A stretch of 63,975 nt of DNA, the filler included, from Craspedostauros australis (taxonomy: Eukaryota), in assembly GCA_030167865.1 (NCBI GenBank). It is 12 parts of 12 records of this genome, joined end to end, with 100 filler letters (N's around TTAATTAATTAA, not from the genome) between each part and the next. Parts side by side here need not be neighbours in the genome. Positions count along the whole stretch, not along the records: positions 23,872 to 25,604 come from JALAGF010002868.1; positions 25,705 to 51,929 come from JALAGF010002870.1; 10 more parts are not named here. One strand, given 5' to 3'. Numbering within the stretch: the first letter of the stretch is position 1; each line of letters begins with the position of its first letter. A program made the translations under genes and the position numbers. Shown here one piece after another: positions 23,872-35,566 of the stretch. The notes beneath the pieces were generated by a model. It saw only the letters and a program-made list of their open reading frames with translations. It searched no databases and was not told the DNA's origin.

Positions 23872-25604
23872 TCTTCAGCGTTTGTGCTCTTCTGTAGGTG
23901 CACGTAACTGAGTCTGCTGTAGTGGTCCACAAATATCGTAGCTGCCCGATACCTCTGGTTGGTGAGCTTGCCTTTCACTTGGCCAATGAAGCCTGGAGTG
24001 GGTGACTCGAGTTGGTCCACGGATATGCAGTCGCCAGGCTGGTTGATGGGCACTGGTCTGATGGTGCGCTGTTGCTTGGCTCGAGTTCGCCATGGTTTCT
24101 TGGTTGCCTTGCCGTACGAGCAGCTGGCGCACACTGGTAGTTGGCAGTGCTTGAACTTCGATGGCAGTTCTCCTGTGTTCGCCATGTGTCTCATTTTGTT
24201 GAATGAGATGTGGCCGAGCCTGTAGTGAACCTGAAGCATTTCTGCTGTGTTGGTCCCTGCGTATTCGTTGTTTGTGTGGATGGTTCTTCCGGCGGGTGAG
24301 TCCCTGAAGTTGATTTGCATGGGGATGCTCCTCTCTTTCGTGGTGGATGGCTCGTCTGTTTGGAGCCTTTCTGTTGTTGCTCGCTGTCGTGCCGGAAGTG
24401 GTTGTTGTTGGTGGGAGACTTCGTCTGTCGACTCGTCGTCTCCCTCGGAGTCTGTGATGTGATCTTGGTTTGAGGTTTCGTGAACCGATTCCTCATCGCT
24501 CACGATATTGGACTCGCTGTGAAGTTCTGTGGTGACCTCCGGAAGCATGTTGTTTGCCATGCAGTAGGTTGCAAAACACTTGATGCCTGGTGCCGACTGA
24601 AGCATTCCGATGTTGGACTTGCTCAGTGGTATGGTTCTCTTGTGCTTGCGGTTGTCCCAAAAGAGCTCCATCTTGTCACCGAGCGTCAGACACCCAGTTC
24701 CGTGTGTATCTCCCTTGGTTTGTGCCCAGTGTTGTGGGCATAGTAGTCGGAATGGTAGATCAGGTTGATATGCCACGTTCTCAAGTGTGATGGTGTGCTT
24801 GATGCCGAGGTCGTCTTGTATCTTCCATCTCACCTTGCCCATGTATCTGATACGGGCCTGTCCTACACCTCTGACCTGTTGGTTGACTTGTTTTGGTTTG
24901 CCAACGAAGTCGCTGAGTGTGTTGGTGAACGAAGTTGACGCGCAGTTGTCGACAGCGATGTTGAACGAGTCGGAGTCGAATCTTGCTGTGGATGTTGCGT
25001 CTCTTCTGTGCTTGGGTTGAGCTTGTCATGCCATCGCCCAGAGCTGAGTGAGGGGACCCGTCGGTCTCTTTGTCACTATCTTGGCTCTGCGATGTTTGGT
25101 GCTGTAAGCGTAGATGCGTCGGCACCTGTTGCGGCTTGGCTTGAGCCTGCGGCGCTTGAAGCATTGGCGACGGATAACCTTACCGGTTGCTGTCGTCATT
25201 GCTGCTCCAACCGCCCACACAATCTTTCCTGTGACATGCATCACAAGCTCTGCGGTGATGAGCAGGAGCCATGTGATGATGTGTTGGATTGAGTTGAGGA
25301 GTGGTCTGCAGATAGCAAGAGCCATTCTTGCGATCCGACCTGAGTTTCAGTACTCTTCCTCGTCCGAGTCTTCCATGATTTGATACATGGCGACTCTGAG
25401 CTTGTCCGCCTTTGCCTTGCTGAGTGGCTTGTCGGCTTCCTTCTCTTTCTTCTTGTCCTTCGACATGCGGCATTCCTTGGGATCGTGACGGACCCACTTG
25501 CCCTTGTCGCCGTGGTTCGGGCACCACCAGATGTCCTTGCCATTCTTGTCGGACTTCTTGTGCGGTTCCCCGGCGTTGGGAGGAGTCAGGTACCAGGGAG
25601 TATC
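23872..25604 (-). mobile_element. Copia (CoDi-like) gag end, protease and integrase zinc-binding region; same element family as 22021-23771
   Basis: WWCPNH..WVRH..EC knuckle, AVDNCAS protease, LLCPQHWAQ, HYRLGH..C.SC.YGK. 23872-24050 is the reverse complement of 22021-22199. Confidence 0.9.
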
Positions 25605-25704
25605 NNNNNNNNNNNNNNNNNNNNNNNNNNNNNNNNNNNNNNNNNNNNTTAATTAATTAANNNNNNNNNNNNNNNNNNNNNNNNNNNNNNNNNNNNNNNN
25701 NNNN

Positions 25705-25788
25705 GTGTTGTGTTGTGTTGTGTTGTGTTGTGTTGTGTTGTGTTGTGTTGTGTTGTGTTGTGTTGTGTTGTGTTGTGTTGTGTTGTGT
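25705..25788. repeat. (TGTTG)n microsatellite at a contig end
   Basis: Directly visible. Confidence 0.97.
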
Positions 25789-26345
25789 GGCACTTGAAGA
25801 ATGGTTTCCCAAGTTTTCCCGCTTCGCACTGCAAAGTATCCGTTGAGAAGATATGAAAGCTGCGGTAATATGTTATTTTCATTACTTATGCACGTTCACG
25901 TTAATTTTGGATCGTGTTTGATGTGTCCAATCCCAACAGCGAAGAGAATTTCTTCAATTTGAATAACTCGACTAAGTCTGCGTCCAACAGAAAAGAACAT
26001 GGAGAAGGAAAGGGGAAGAGGCGAAAGCGAAGAGAAGGGAAGGGCGCGCAGATCACCACTGTCGGCCATCTGGCACCAAAGGAAGAGAGGCTGCTCACAG
26101 TAGGAGGATCCGAAGCACCGAGCGCAACAAACACGAACATCCTCCTCTTCCTGAACATCGCCAACAAGCAACACAACAAGAGTGAGAGAGAGTCATCACT
26201 CTCGCATCCATCCCACCGTCATTGTGCAAGCATCACACCCAATTGTTCCATCGCTCCGCCGCTCCATCGTTGACACCAAGAAGGAAAGAACAAGCATCTC
26301 ATCGCAAAACGGAAAGCGACAGCCGCAACCAGAACGGAATTGATC

Positions 26346-27201
26346 ATGAGCCTCTCCAGCAGATCGCTCTCCATCGCGCGCCATGCGTTGAAGGCTGGCG
26401 GACCAATGTCGGCACTCACGGGGGTCTCCACCAACGTCGAACACCAGTTCCAGAAGCAATCCCTGCGTTCCATGACCATCCTTTCCAAGCAGAGCGGAGA
26501 AGAGTACAAGAAGATGGTGCGTCCCTGGCGCTATTCTCTCTGGAGACAACGCCGGCAGAGCGTGGTGGTTGTATTGCACAATCGGTTGGCCTTGCGCTTG
26601 ATGTCGCTGCAGGCATTGTCGCAGAAGAGGTGATTACCTTGATGTGGCCATCAATCGTCCATACATGCAACCCATTGCATTTCGAAACCACTCACACGAC
26701 AAGACGTTCCATTTGCATTGCGTTGCACTGTGGTCCAATTGATTCCTCGTCCCTGCTCACGGCGATGTTCTTCTCCCATCCATTGCGGCATTGCCATGTG
26801 CACAACAGAACTACAACGAACGCATGAAGAAGACTGGACGACCTGTGAGCCCGCACGTGGCCATCTACACGTTCCCGATTTCGGCCATCACCAGTATCTT
26901 GAACCGCGTCACCGGCGTCACGCTCTCCTTCGGCTGCCTCGGTCTCGGTGCCATCGAACTGGTGGGTGGATCCGGATCATCCCTGCACCTGATGGAGGCC
27001 ATCGGCTCTTCGTCATTGTTGCTTGCCGCACCGGCCAAGCTCGCGGTCGCTTTCCCGATGGTGTACCACTACGGCGGTGGAATTCGGCACATGATGTGGG
27101 ACAACATGCCGGACAAGCTGACCACTGAGCAGGTGGAGCAATCCTCGTACGTCCTCCTCGGTGCATCCGGCGTTGTCAGTCTCGGCCTGATGGTCATGTA
27201 G
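26346..27201 (+). CDS. sdhC: Succinate dehydrogenase cytochrome b560 subunit, mitochondrial (exons 26346-26516, 26809-27201)
   Basis: Arg/Ser-rich presequence; RPVSPHVAIY, SILNRVTG, YHYGGGIRHMMWD; a GT..CAG intron joins in frame. Confidence 0.92.
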
Positions 27202-28821
27202 TCGTACTCTGCACGCATAGGAATATTATATTTGTGGAGCAACTTTCCTTGATTGCATTGCATCTAAGCGTACAGCTGGCATGACAAACACAGCAGACTG
27301 CGATTGGTCCCGCTGTTAGTTCCAGCATGTTACTACTATACTCCACTCTATCATCATGTCATGTAGAAGCGCAGAAGTGTCGCGTCGAAGTGACATCGCC
27401 ATCCATTGAAGTCCGTGGCGCTTGCACGATGGAAATCGACAGAAGTTCAAATATAACTCGCTTCGTGTCGTAGACTTGTATGCTTGATTTTCGCGTTCAG
27501 ATTTATCCGAACGTTATCCAGGCGTTATCATGTTTAGTCTGTGTGCGGTGAAGTGTGTTGTTTTGAAAAAGCCTGGTGTCCTGTGATTGGTGGGAGTGAG
27601 TCGTCACAAGATTCCGGGAGCAGAGTCGAAACGCGTTGTTCTCGCGTTGATTTGTGTTGCTCTGTGGACGAACAGCAGAGAAATGAAAAGAGATCGACAA
27701 ACACCAACCAAACAGCGGACGGCGACAACTCGTCAACAACAACACTGTTCGCGGACCACCAACGGCCACCATCGTCGTTGTTGGTGTGACATGGATCTCT
27801 CTGTCCACCAGCCGCCGCAGCCAAAATCAAACGACGACAGCCAAACGAGAAGGAGGGAAACGCAGCGACACACAGACAACGCGCAGACACACCCAAACAC
27901 ACACAGAGAGTTCTTGCCGACGCAGGCGAGGTGGAGCACACCATCAAAACGCAGCAATCACACTTCTTGCCTCCTCTTGGGCAACGCAGCAGCGACAACA
28001 TCACCGACAGCATCAGCTGGAGGAACAAGCACAATCCAAAGGATCCGCTATAAATCTTGCCCACATTCCGACGCATCCTCGCGTCTTGATTGTTTGCCAA
28101 CCACACACGCACAAACACAGCCACACATTGCTGCCCGTCTTGTCTGTATCATTGTGCGGCTGATCTTCTTGCTTGCTTCTTGTTGATCCGTCGGACGGTT
28201 CATTGGTGAAGAAACTTGCCAATCCACTTGGCGTGACATCACGGGCATCACGACAGCAACAGCCGCAATCAGACACCGATAGGTTCTTGCTGCGGAAGTG
28301 ATTGCAGAGGATACGACTCTATCGGTACATTCGTACCATACAACAACAACACTCCGCTGGTGTTCCACACTGCTCGGCCATCCATTTGACATCCTTCGCG
28401 ATCTTTGAGGCGGAAACGCGAGCACAAACAGTTGTTGGCGCCACAATCGATCTTGGCTCCAATTCCAATTCGAACCAGCCCCACGCAGATCGGTGCAACT
28501 CACTCAGAGATCACAACATCATTGGATAGACAGGAAGTAAGCATCCGGCGTCTTACTGCTCTATCATACCCTGCGAACACTCTTGTGCGGTTGCTCATCA
28601 AAGTGCCATCAATCAGCACCAGCAAAACAACGAGCCAACACGGATTAGTCAGAGCGGGTTTCAACTCGCTGACGGAAGCAGAAGCAACATCCACCAAACA
28701 GAGCACACCCACTGCTTGACGGTTGGTATTATTGAGACACTTCAACGGCTCCGACCCTCACACAACATACAACATACAAAAAGGCACCTGTCCACAACGC
28801 AACTGCAGAAGCAACATAAAC

Positions 28822-31800
28822 ATGGACACATCCCAACTCGCCCTCGTTGAGGCACTTTGCGAATGCCTGTACACGGGCATACCCGCCAAGGGCGAGAACG
28901 GCGAGGCCATCACCAGACAGGAGGCCCAATCCAGATTGCTCAGCCTGCAGTCCAGCGCAGACTTCATCCCGCAGTGCCAATACATCCTGGACAACTCCAA
29001 ATCGCAGTATGCTCGACTGGTCGCCACCAACTCGCTCATCGAACTCATCACGGGGCATTGGAACTCCTTCACTGTCCCGCAGCGCATCGATATCCGCAAC
29101 TACGTCCTGGGATACCTCGCCAACAACGGCCCGCAGCTCTCCGACTTCGTCACCACCGCGCTCATCAAGCTCGTGTGCCGCATCACCAAGCTGGGTTGGT
29201 TCGATGACAAGGTCCATCGAGAGCTGGCCGACGATGTCACCAAATTCCTGCAGGCCACAGTCGATCACTGCATCCTGGGACTCAAGATCCTCAACCAGCT
29301 CGTCGACGAATTGAACATACCCACTTCTGGCCGAACGCTCACGCAGCACCGCAAAACATCCGTCAGCTTCCGCGATGTCTGCTTGCTCAAGGTATTCCGA
29401 TTGGGCCTCACCACCCTCAAGCAGCTGCAAACACGATCCATCAGTAAGTCGATCAATTCATCGGTGCCACTATGTGTGCGATCATCCACTTCCTACTGAT
29501 GCATTTGCATCCTTCACTCTCTCACACTCACACATTTCTTCTTCATCCATTCGCGCGTGCACAATCACACACACGCATGCACCCAATGCTGCTGCTCAAT
29601 ACTCAATGCTCACCGTTCCGCAGCCGCCGACCAACGACAGGAGGTCATCATGGGGGAGCAAGCCCTCTCGCTTGCGGTCCGTTGCTTGAACTTCGACTTC
29701 ATCGGCACCAATCCAGACGAATCCACGGAGGATGTGGGGACCATCCAGGCACCAACCTCCTGGAGACCGCTGCTGCAGGATTCGGCGACCACAGACTTGC
29801 TCTTCGATTTCTATGCCACCACGGACCCACCGCGATCATCGAAGGCCATGGAGGCCATCATCCTCATGGCCTCCATCCGGCGGTCCCTCTTCCCAGCCGA
29901 CAAGGACCGCGCTGCCTTCCTGGGCCGTCTCATCACCGGCATCCGAGAGATGCTGTCCAAGCAAACCGGACTGCAGCACCAGGACAACTACCATCAATTC
30001 TGCCGGCTGCTGGGTCGGTTGAAGGCGAACTACCAGCTATCGGAGCTTGTCAAAACGGAGGGCTACCTGGAATGGCTAGAGCTGGCCGCCAACTTCACCG
30101 TGCAATCGATTCGGAACTGGCAGTACTCCACCAACTCCATCCACTACCTATTAAGTCTCTGGGGTCGCTTGGTCGCCGCAGTTCCCTACGTCCGACCGGA
30201 AACCGGCGCCACGGGACATGTGCAGCATCTCGAGACGCAGGTTCTGCTTGTCACGGAGACCTACATAGAAAGCATGCTGTCCAGCGTAGAGACGGTCCTG
30301 CGCAGCGACGGGGCGTTGGACGACCCGCTGGAGGACGACGGCTCGCTGAGGGAGCAGCTGGACCGGTTGCCGGTCATTTGTCGATTCCAGTACGGTCCCA
30401 TCGCGCAGCGCATTCTCAACAAATTCGATCCCCTGCTGGCGCAGTACCGCGACCTGATATCGTCGCTGGGTAACAACCCAACATCCAGCGCACCGCCGGA
30501 CGTGCAGCAGCGCATGGCAATCATCGAGGGGCAGATGACGTGGCTCACCTACATGGTCGGCGCGATCGTCGGTGGGCATTCCTGGTCGTCGGCGCACATG
30601 GGGGAAGGCGAGGAGACGATCGACGCCAGCTTGTCGCGTCGGGCACTGCAACTCGCACAAGGTATCGACTACCGACTCACCTCATCGAACGGGGTGGGAC
30701 GATGCGATGCCAAGCTGGAGCAGGCCTTGCTCTTCTACTTTCAGAATTTCCGTCGCGTTTACATGTTCATGTGGGATCAGATGTCGGCCTCCAGCTCCAG
30801 CAACGATGACGGCCTGTCCGTCTCCGTCGGCATGCTCGTCGCCAAGCTAGATTCGGCACCGTCCGCCAAGCAAAAGATTTACAGGCGCATGTTTGAGCAT
30901 TTGGGTCTGGGTGATCACACTGTGGTGGCCAACATTATCGTCACCAAGATGGGGAACAACCTGAAATACTGGCCGGAGGACAATGACATCATCGGCAAAA
31001 CGCTGGATCTGCTCCACGACATGGCCAGCGGCTACAGCAGCTCCAAGCTGCTCCTCACGCTCGAAACGGTGCGCTTCCTGGCACGGCACCACACCGACGA
31101 TCACTTCCCGTTCCTCAAAATCCCATCCAACTGCCGTCACCGCACCACCTTCCACGCCACGTTGACGCGTTTGCTGCTGTCCCCGCAGGGTGAGGACAAG
31201 CTGGGGTTGACATTCGCGCAGTTCTTGGAACCGATCGTCACCGTGGTGGGACAGCTCGGGGCGCTCGCTCCAGCCGCGTTGAGGGATGAGACCTGCCGTT
31301 CTCCTCTGATTGGAGTCTTCCGCGACTTGCGAGGCATCACAGCCAGCCTGCACAACCGCAGAACGTACAGCCAGCTATTTGAGATCATGTACCCGCAGCA
31401 TTTGCCGTTGCTGTCGAAGGTCGCGGACGTTTGGTACGATCAGACCGATGTCATCATCAGCCTCCTGCGGTTCCTGCACGAGTTCTGCCACAACAAGGCC
31501 AACCGCGTCAACTTCGATCAGAGCAGTCCCAATGGGATCCTGCTGTTCCGCACCACCAGCGATGTCGTTTGCGCGTTTGGCAGACGTTTGCTCGCCACGC
31601 CGTCGCCTCCCAGCGGAGATCCATCCATTTACAAGAAACGGTACAAGGGATTGGCGCTGTCGCTCGAGGTGCTCAACTCGGCGCTGGGTGGCAACTACGT
31701 CTGCTTCGGTGTGTTCGAATTGTACAAAGACCCTGCATTGGAGAACGCGTTGGACGTGGCATTGCAGCTGGCGCTGTCGGTGCCCATGGAAGACATCAAC

Positions 31801-32543
31801 GCGTATCCCAAACTGAGCAAGGCCTACTACTCCTTCGTCGAGATCCTGTTCCGCGGTCACAAGAAGACAATCTTCGCATTGGACTCCAACGTCTTCATGC
31901 AGATCATGAACACGGTCCACGACGGGTTGCAATCCAGCGAAGCCGCCATCAGCTCCTTCTGCGCCAACTCGATTGATCATATGACCACATTCTACTTCAA
32001 CAACAAGGGCAAGGACAAGATCGAGATGCGAAACTTGAATCAGGTACGTTATCACTGCAATACTGGTGTTGGTGTTTTTGGCTTTGTACGAGCATTTGAG
32101 AACATTGGAACATGTCGATGCGCAACGACAACGACAACTGGCTCTCACAACTTCACATCATTTGTTTCCTTTTACCTTTCCTTCGAATTCTCCACGTGTC
32201 TCCAAAACCTTTTCTCGCAACACAGCACATTGCGGCACAGCCCAATCTGTTCTCGAGCCTCACTGGAACTCTGTTCAACCTGCTGCTCTTCGGGCCACCG
32301 CAAAACCATTGGGCAGTCATGCGCCCGATGCTGAGTCTCATGTTGGCCAGTGAATCCAGCTTCGAGGCGTACAAGAACTACCTGATCGGCACCCAGACAC
32401 CAGAGAACCAAGCCAAGTTGAACGAGACACTGAACAAGCTGCTTGCCGATGTGAACCGCAGTTTGGACAGCGCCAACCGAGACCGGTTCACGCAGAAGCT
32501 GACGGCATTCCGTGTGACGGCACGGCAATTCCTGACCATATAG
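28822..32543 (+). CDS. XPO7: Exportin-7 / RanBP16-like (exons 28822-29443, 29624-32043, 32226-32543)
   Basis: RIDIRNYVL.YLA, RITKLGWFD, FDFIGTNPDESTED.GTIQ.P..WR, CRLLGRLKANYQLSELV, LGGNYV.FGVFELY.D, NRDRFTQ; canonical in-frame introns. Confidence 0.93.
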
Positions 32544-33351
32544 GCATAGCGAAGAACAGAGGAGAGGAACAGGGCTCCTGGGGTGGTGCGATGTGATTCA
32601 ATGCGTTGCATTGCATTTCATTGGATCATGTTGCACAAATGCACGCAACTTGCTCGCTGGGTATTTTGGCCATTGCTGCCTGATGAAACGACCAGTGTCG
32701 TCATGCGGCAGAGCCGTGTGGAGTAGCGTAGAGTAGCACTGATTTAGTGATGGGCAATTTGACTCAACCATGATACGTTCTGTCTGGAGAGAGAGAGAGA
32801 GCATGAAGTAATTGCACAGGAAGGAATCGCAAATAGAAACACTAAATGTTAGGCGACCATGTTGCTGGAGAGAGGCAGAGCAGTGGAGCCGTACGAGCGA
32901 TCTTGTGCAGAGGTACGACCACCATGATTGCTGGGCATCACAAGGTGCGGAAAGGTCGTGTAATAATTCCGCAATGTGTCGATTTCGCCTCATCTCCCTG
33001 AGGAGTTGGAGACGTGAGGAAGGCAACACAACCGTTGGACATGTGACGAAAATGTGCGAGGCGGACATGGACACAAACATTGTTTCACTTGTGAACACGC
33101 CGGTGTGCTCTCTTCTCGGCATACCAATCGTTGACCGCTCCCCACTCAACACAACAACGGCCAATTGGCTGCACCTGCGTCTCTTCCTGCTTTGTCGAAA
33201 CGCAGAACTGTGCATGTTCCTACCATAGACAGACAGAGATTATCGAAAACGAACAGAAGCACGCAAAACAACGATCCGAGCAGCATCGCATCGCAGTATC
33301 CTACGAGCGCTCTCAAGGCTGCATTGATTGCCGCCGCTGACGATACCTACA

Positions 33352-35084
33352 ATGGCAAGGGACGTTGACGCAAGCACAATAGGCATCATGGGTCATGGCC
33401 AACGCCTGGATGCGGAGGGCAAGTTCGCTCCGCGCGTTCGACGCAGCGAGAAGCGCAAGAACACAACACAGAAGTTGACCATACTGGCGGGGATCATCAG
33501 CTGCATCACGATGCTCACCCAAGCCGCGGTGCTTTCTGGTTTCTCAAAGCTTGCCGGCAGTGATGCGAATCACGTTAAGGCTTCCATTGCGTTGCGAGAG
33601 AAGTTTCATGGGTCGGACAACGCTGAGACGAACGTAAGAAAGGATGTCAGCAGTCCGACGCAGCCAAAGGAAGCTGTGGCAACACAGCCGACTGCGAAGG
33701 CGAAGTCGAACGAGACTGAGAATGAAGCGGACGCATTGGACGCCGACGGTAAGAGAGGTTACGTCGCCGATCTATCGCCGTCCCGCTTGAGTACCTTCGT
33801 TTGGGACAAGAAGGATGATTACCCTTGCGACGACACGGCTGTCGAAGGTCCCGAGGGACGCACCGTCCTGGAGAAGATCAGATCGGGATTGAAGGATTCG
33901 AGGGAGAAGATCAAGCAGAGGAGTGGCGATGAGAAAGTTCCCAAGATATTGTGCATGGTGTACACTGTCGATCTGCCGAAGGCACGCAAGAACATGGAAG
34001 CCGTGGTGAGCACGTGGGCCAAGGAATGCGATGGATTCATCGCGGCATCGAACATCACGGACGATACCATCGGCGCTGTCAATATTTTGCATCCTGGACC
34101 GGAGATCTACAACAACATGTGGCTCAAGGTGCGATCCATGTGGATGTATGCCTACTCGCATTATCTGGATGACTACGACTACTTTCACATCTGCGGTGAC
34201 GATGTGTACCTGATGATGGACAACTTCCGTTCGTACCTGATGGGTGAGGAGATGAGGAAACTGCTGAAGGAGGGATACATCGATGCGCTGATGAAGACTC
34301 AGCTCAGGCGGATACCCGAGATTAGCACCACCGCCCAACAACAGCCGCGACCACTGCTGCTGGGACATCCGCGCGCGTTCCGGGGCCTCTTCCCGTACGG
34401 CGGACCAGGGTACACGCTGAACCGAGAAGCTGTGAAGAGGCTCAATGAGCAGCTCTTCAACGACCCTGAAGACGGCATCAACAGCGTGCAGGAATCACGC
34501 GAAGATGTGTACATGTTCTACGCCTGTCGCAAACTCGGGTGGAGCATCGCCGACTCGAGGGACAGCGAAGGGGCGTGGAGGTACATGGAGCACGACGCGC
34601 AGCACATGTTCCACGTAAGTGCGGTGCCGAGTTGGAATGGAACGGCGTCTGTTGTGCGATGAGTTGTAGCGTGTTGCGCTGTTCGATGCTGTTTCGATGT
34701 GCTCCCACGCGAGTATAGTGCTACTGTATGTATGCTCTCCTTCTGCCGCATTGAACAATTTCGCAATCTGTTCCGCAACATGCATTCGAGTTCCTCACGT
34801 CTTTCTCCATCCCCTTTCTATATTTGATGATGGAATACAAACACCAACATTCGTCCAAACATTACCGTCAACAGTACAACGTGAAGCCACTCGAAAAGCT
34901 CTTGGGACCTGGCACGCACAAGGACGGCATCAATGAAGTGTCGAAGGAGACGGTGGCGGGGCACTTGAAGTTGGATCGAGCGATGAAGCGGCGGAAGTAC
35001 CTGCCTCCGCCTGGGATCGATTCGTATGACATGCTCTTTCGTTACCACGAGATATTGGATGGAAGATGCACGGGGGAATCGTAA
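33352..35084 (+). CDS. GT31-family glycosyltransferase (core-1 beta-1,3-galactosyltransferase/Fringe-like), type II membrane (exons 33352-34614, 34875-35084)
   Basis: N-terminal TM helix; KILCMVYT, STWAKECDGF, YNNMWLKVRSMW, YDYFHICGDDVY, GGPGYTLNREA, EDVY; in-frame GTAAGT..CAG intron. Confidence 0.85.
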
Positions 35085-35566
35085 TGCGCTCTGGAATGAA
35101 GTGAGGTCCTGGAATGGAGCAGAGTGTCATAATTGGATCGATGTACATGCTAGAGGAAGCGAAGGTAGATAGTCTCCAACATCAGTCCCCGTCAAGGTCC
35201 GGGTTTGTCCGTCATGCCGAATTCCGCCAAACCCAAGAAGATTTGAAATTCAGTCGAACTGGTCGATGATTCAAAAACTCAGTCGTGGTTTTCGTTGATG
35301 GTTTCTCTTTGCACGACAGTCGCAGTGTGTTGGTTGGAGATGTGTGCGCAACCCTCGCGGAACATCGTGTCGAAAACGGAACCAACGAGGCAGGATGCTG
35401 TGAATTTGTTCACCCTGTTGTCACGGTCGTCGTGGCGATTGTGGTTGTTCTTCTCCGCAGTTGCAGATCGCGCTCTTGGTGACACAACTCAACGACACAG
35501 AGATATCGCACCACATTTCCACAGAACAATCCATAAATCAACCTCAAGGAACAAGAACCGGACAGG

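Noticed and set aside
32598..33228. Overlapping 205-aa and 138-aa ORFs between XPO7 and the glycosyltransferase
   Set aside because: Intergenic composition with microsatellite content and no motifs.
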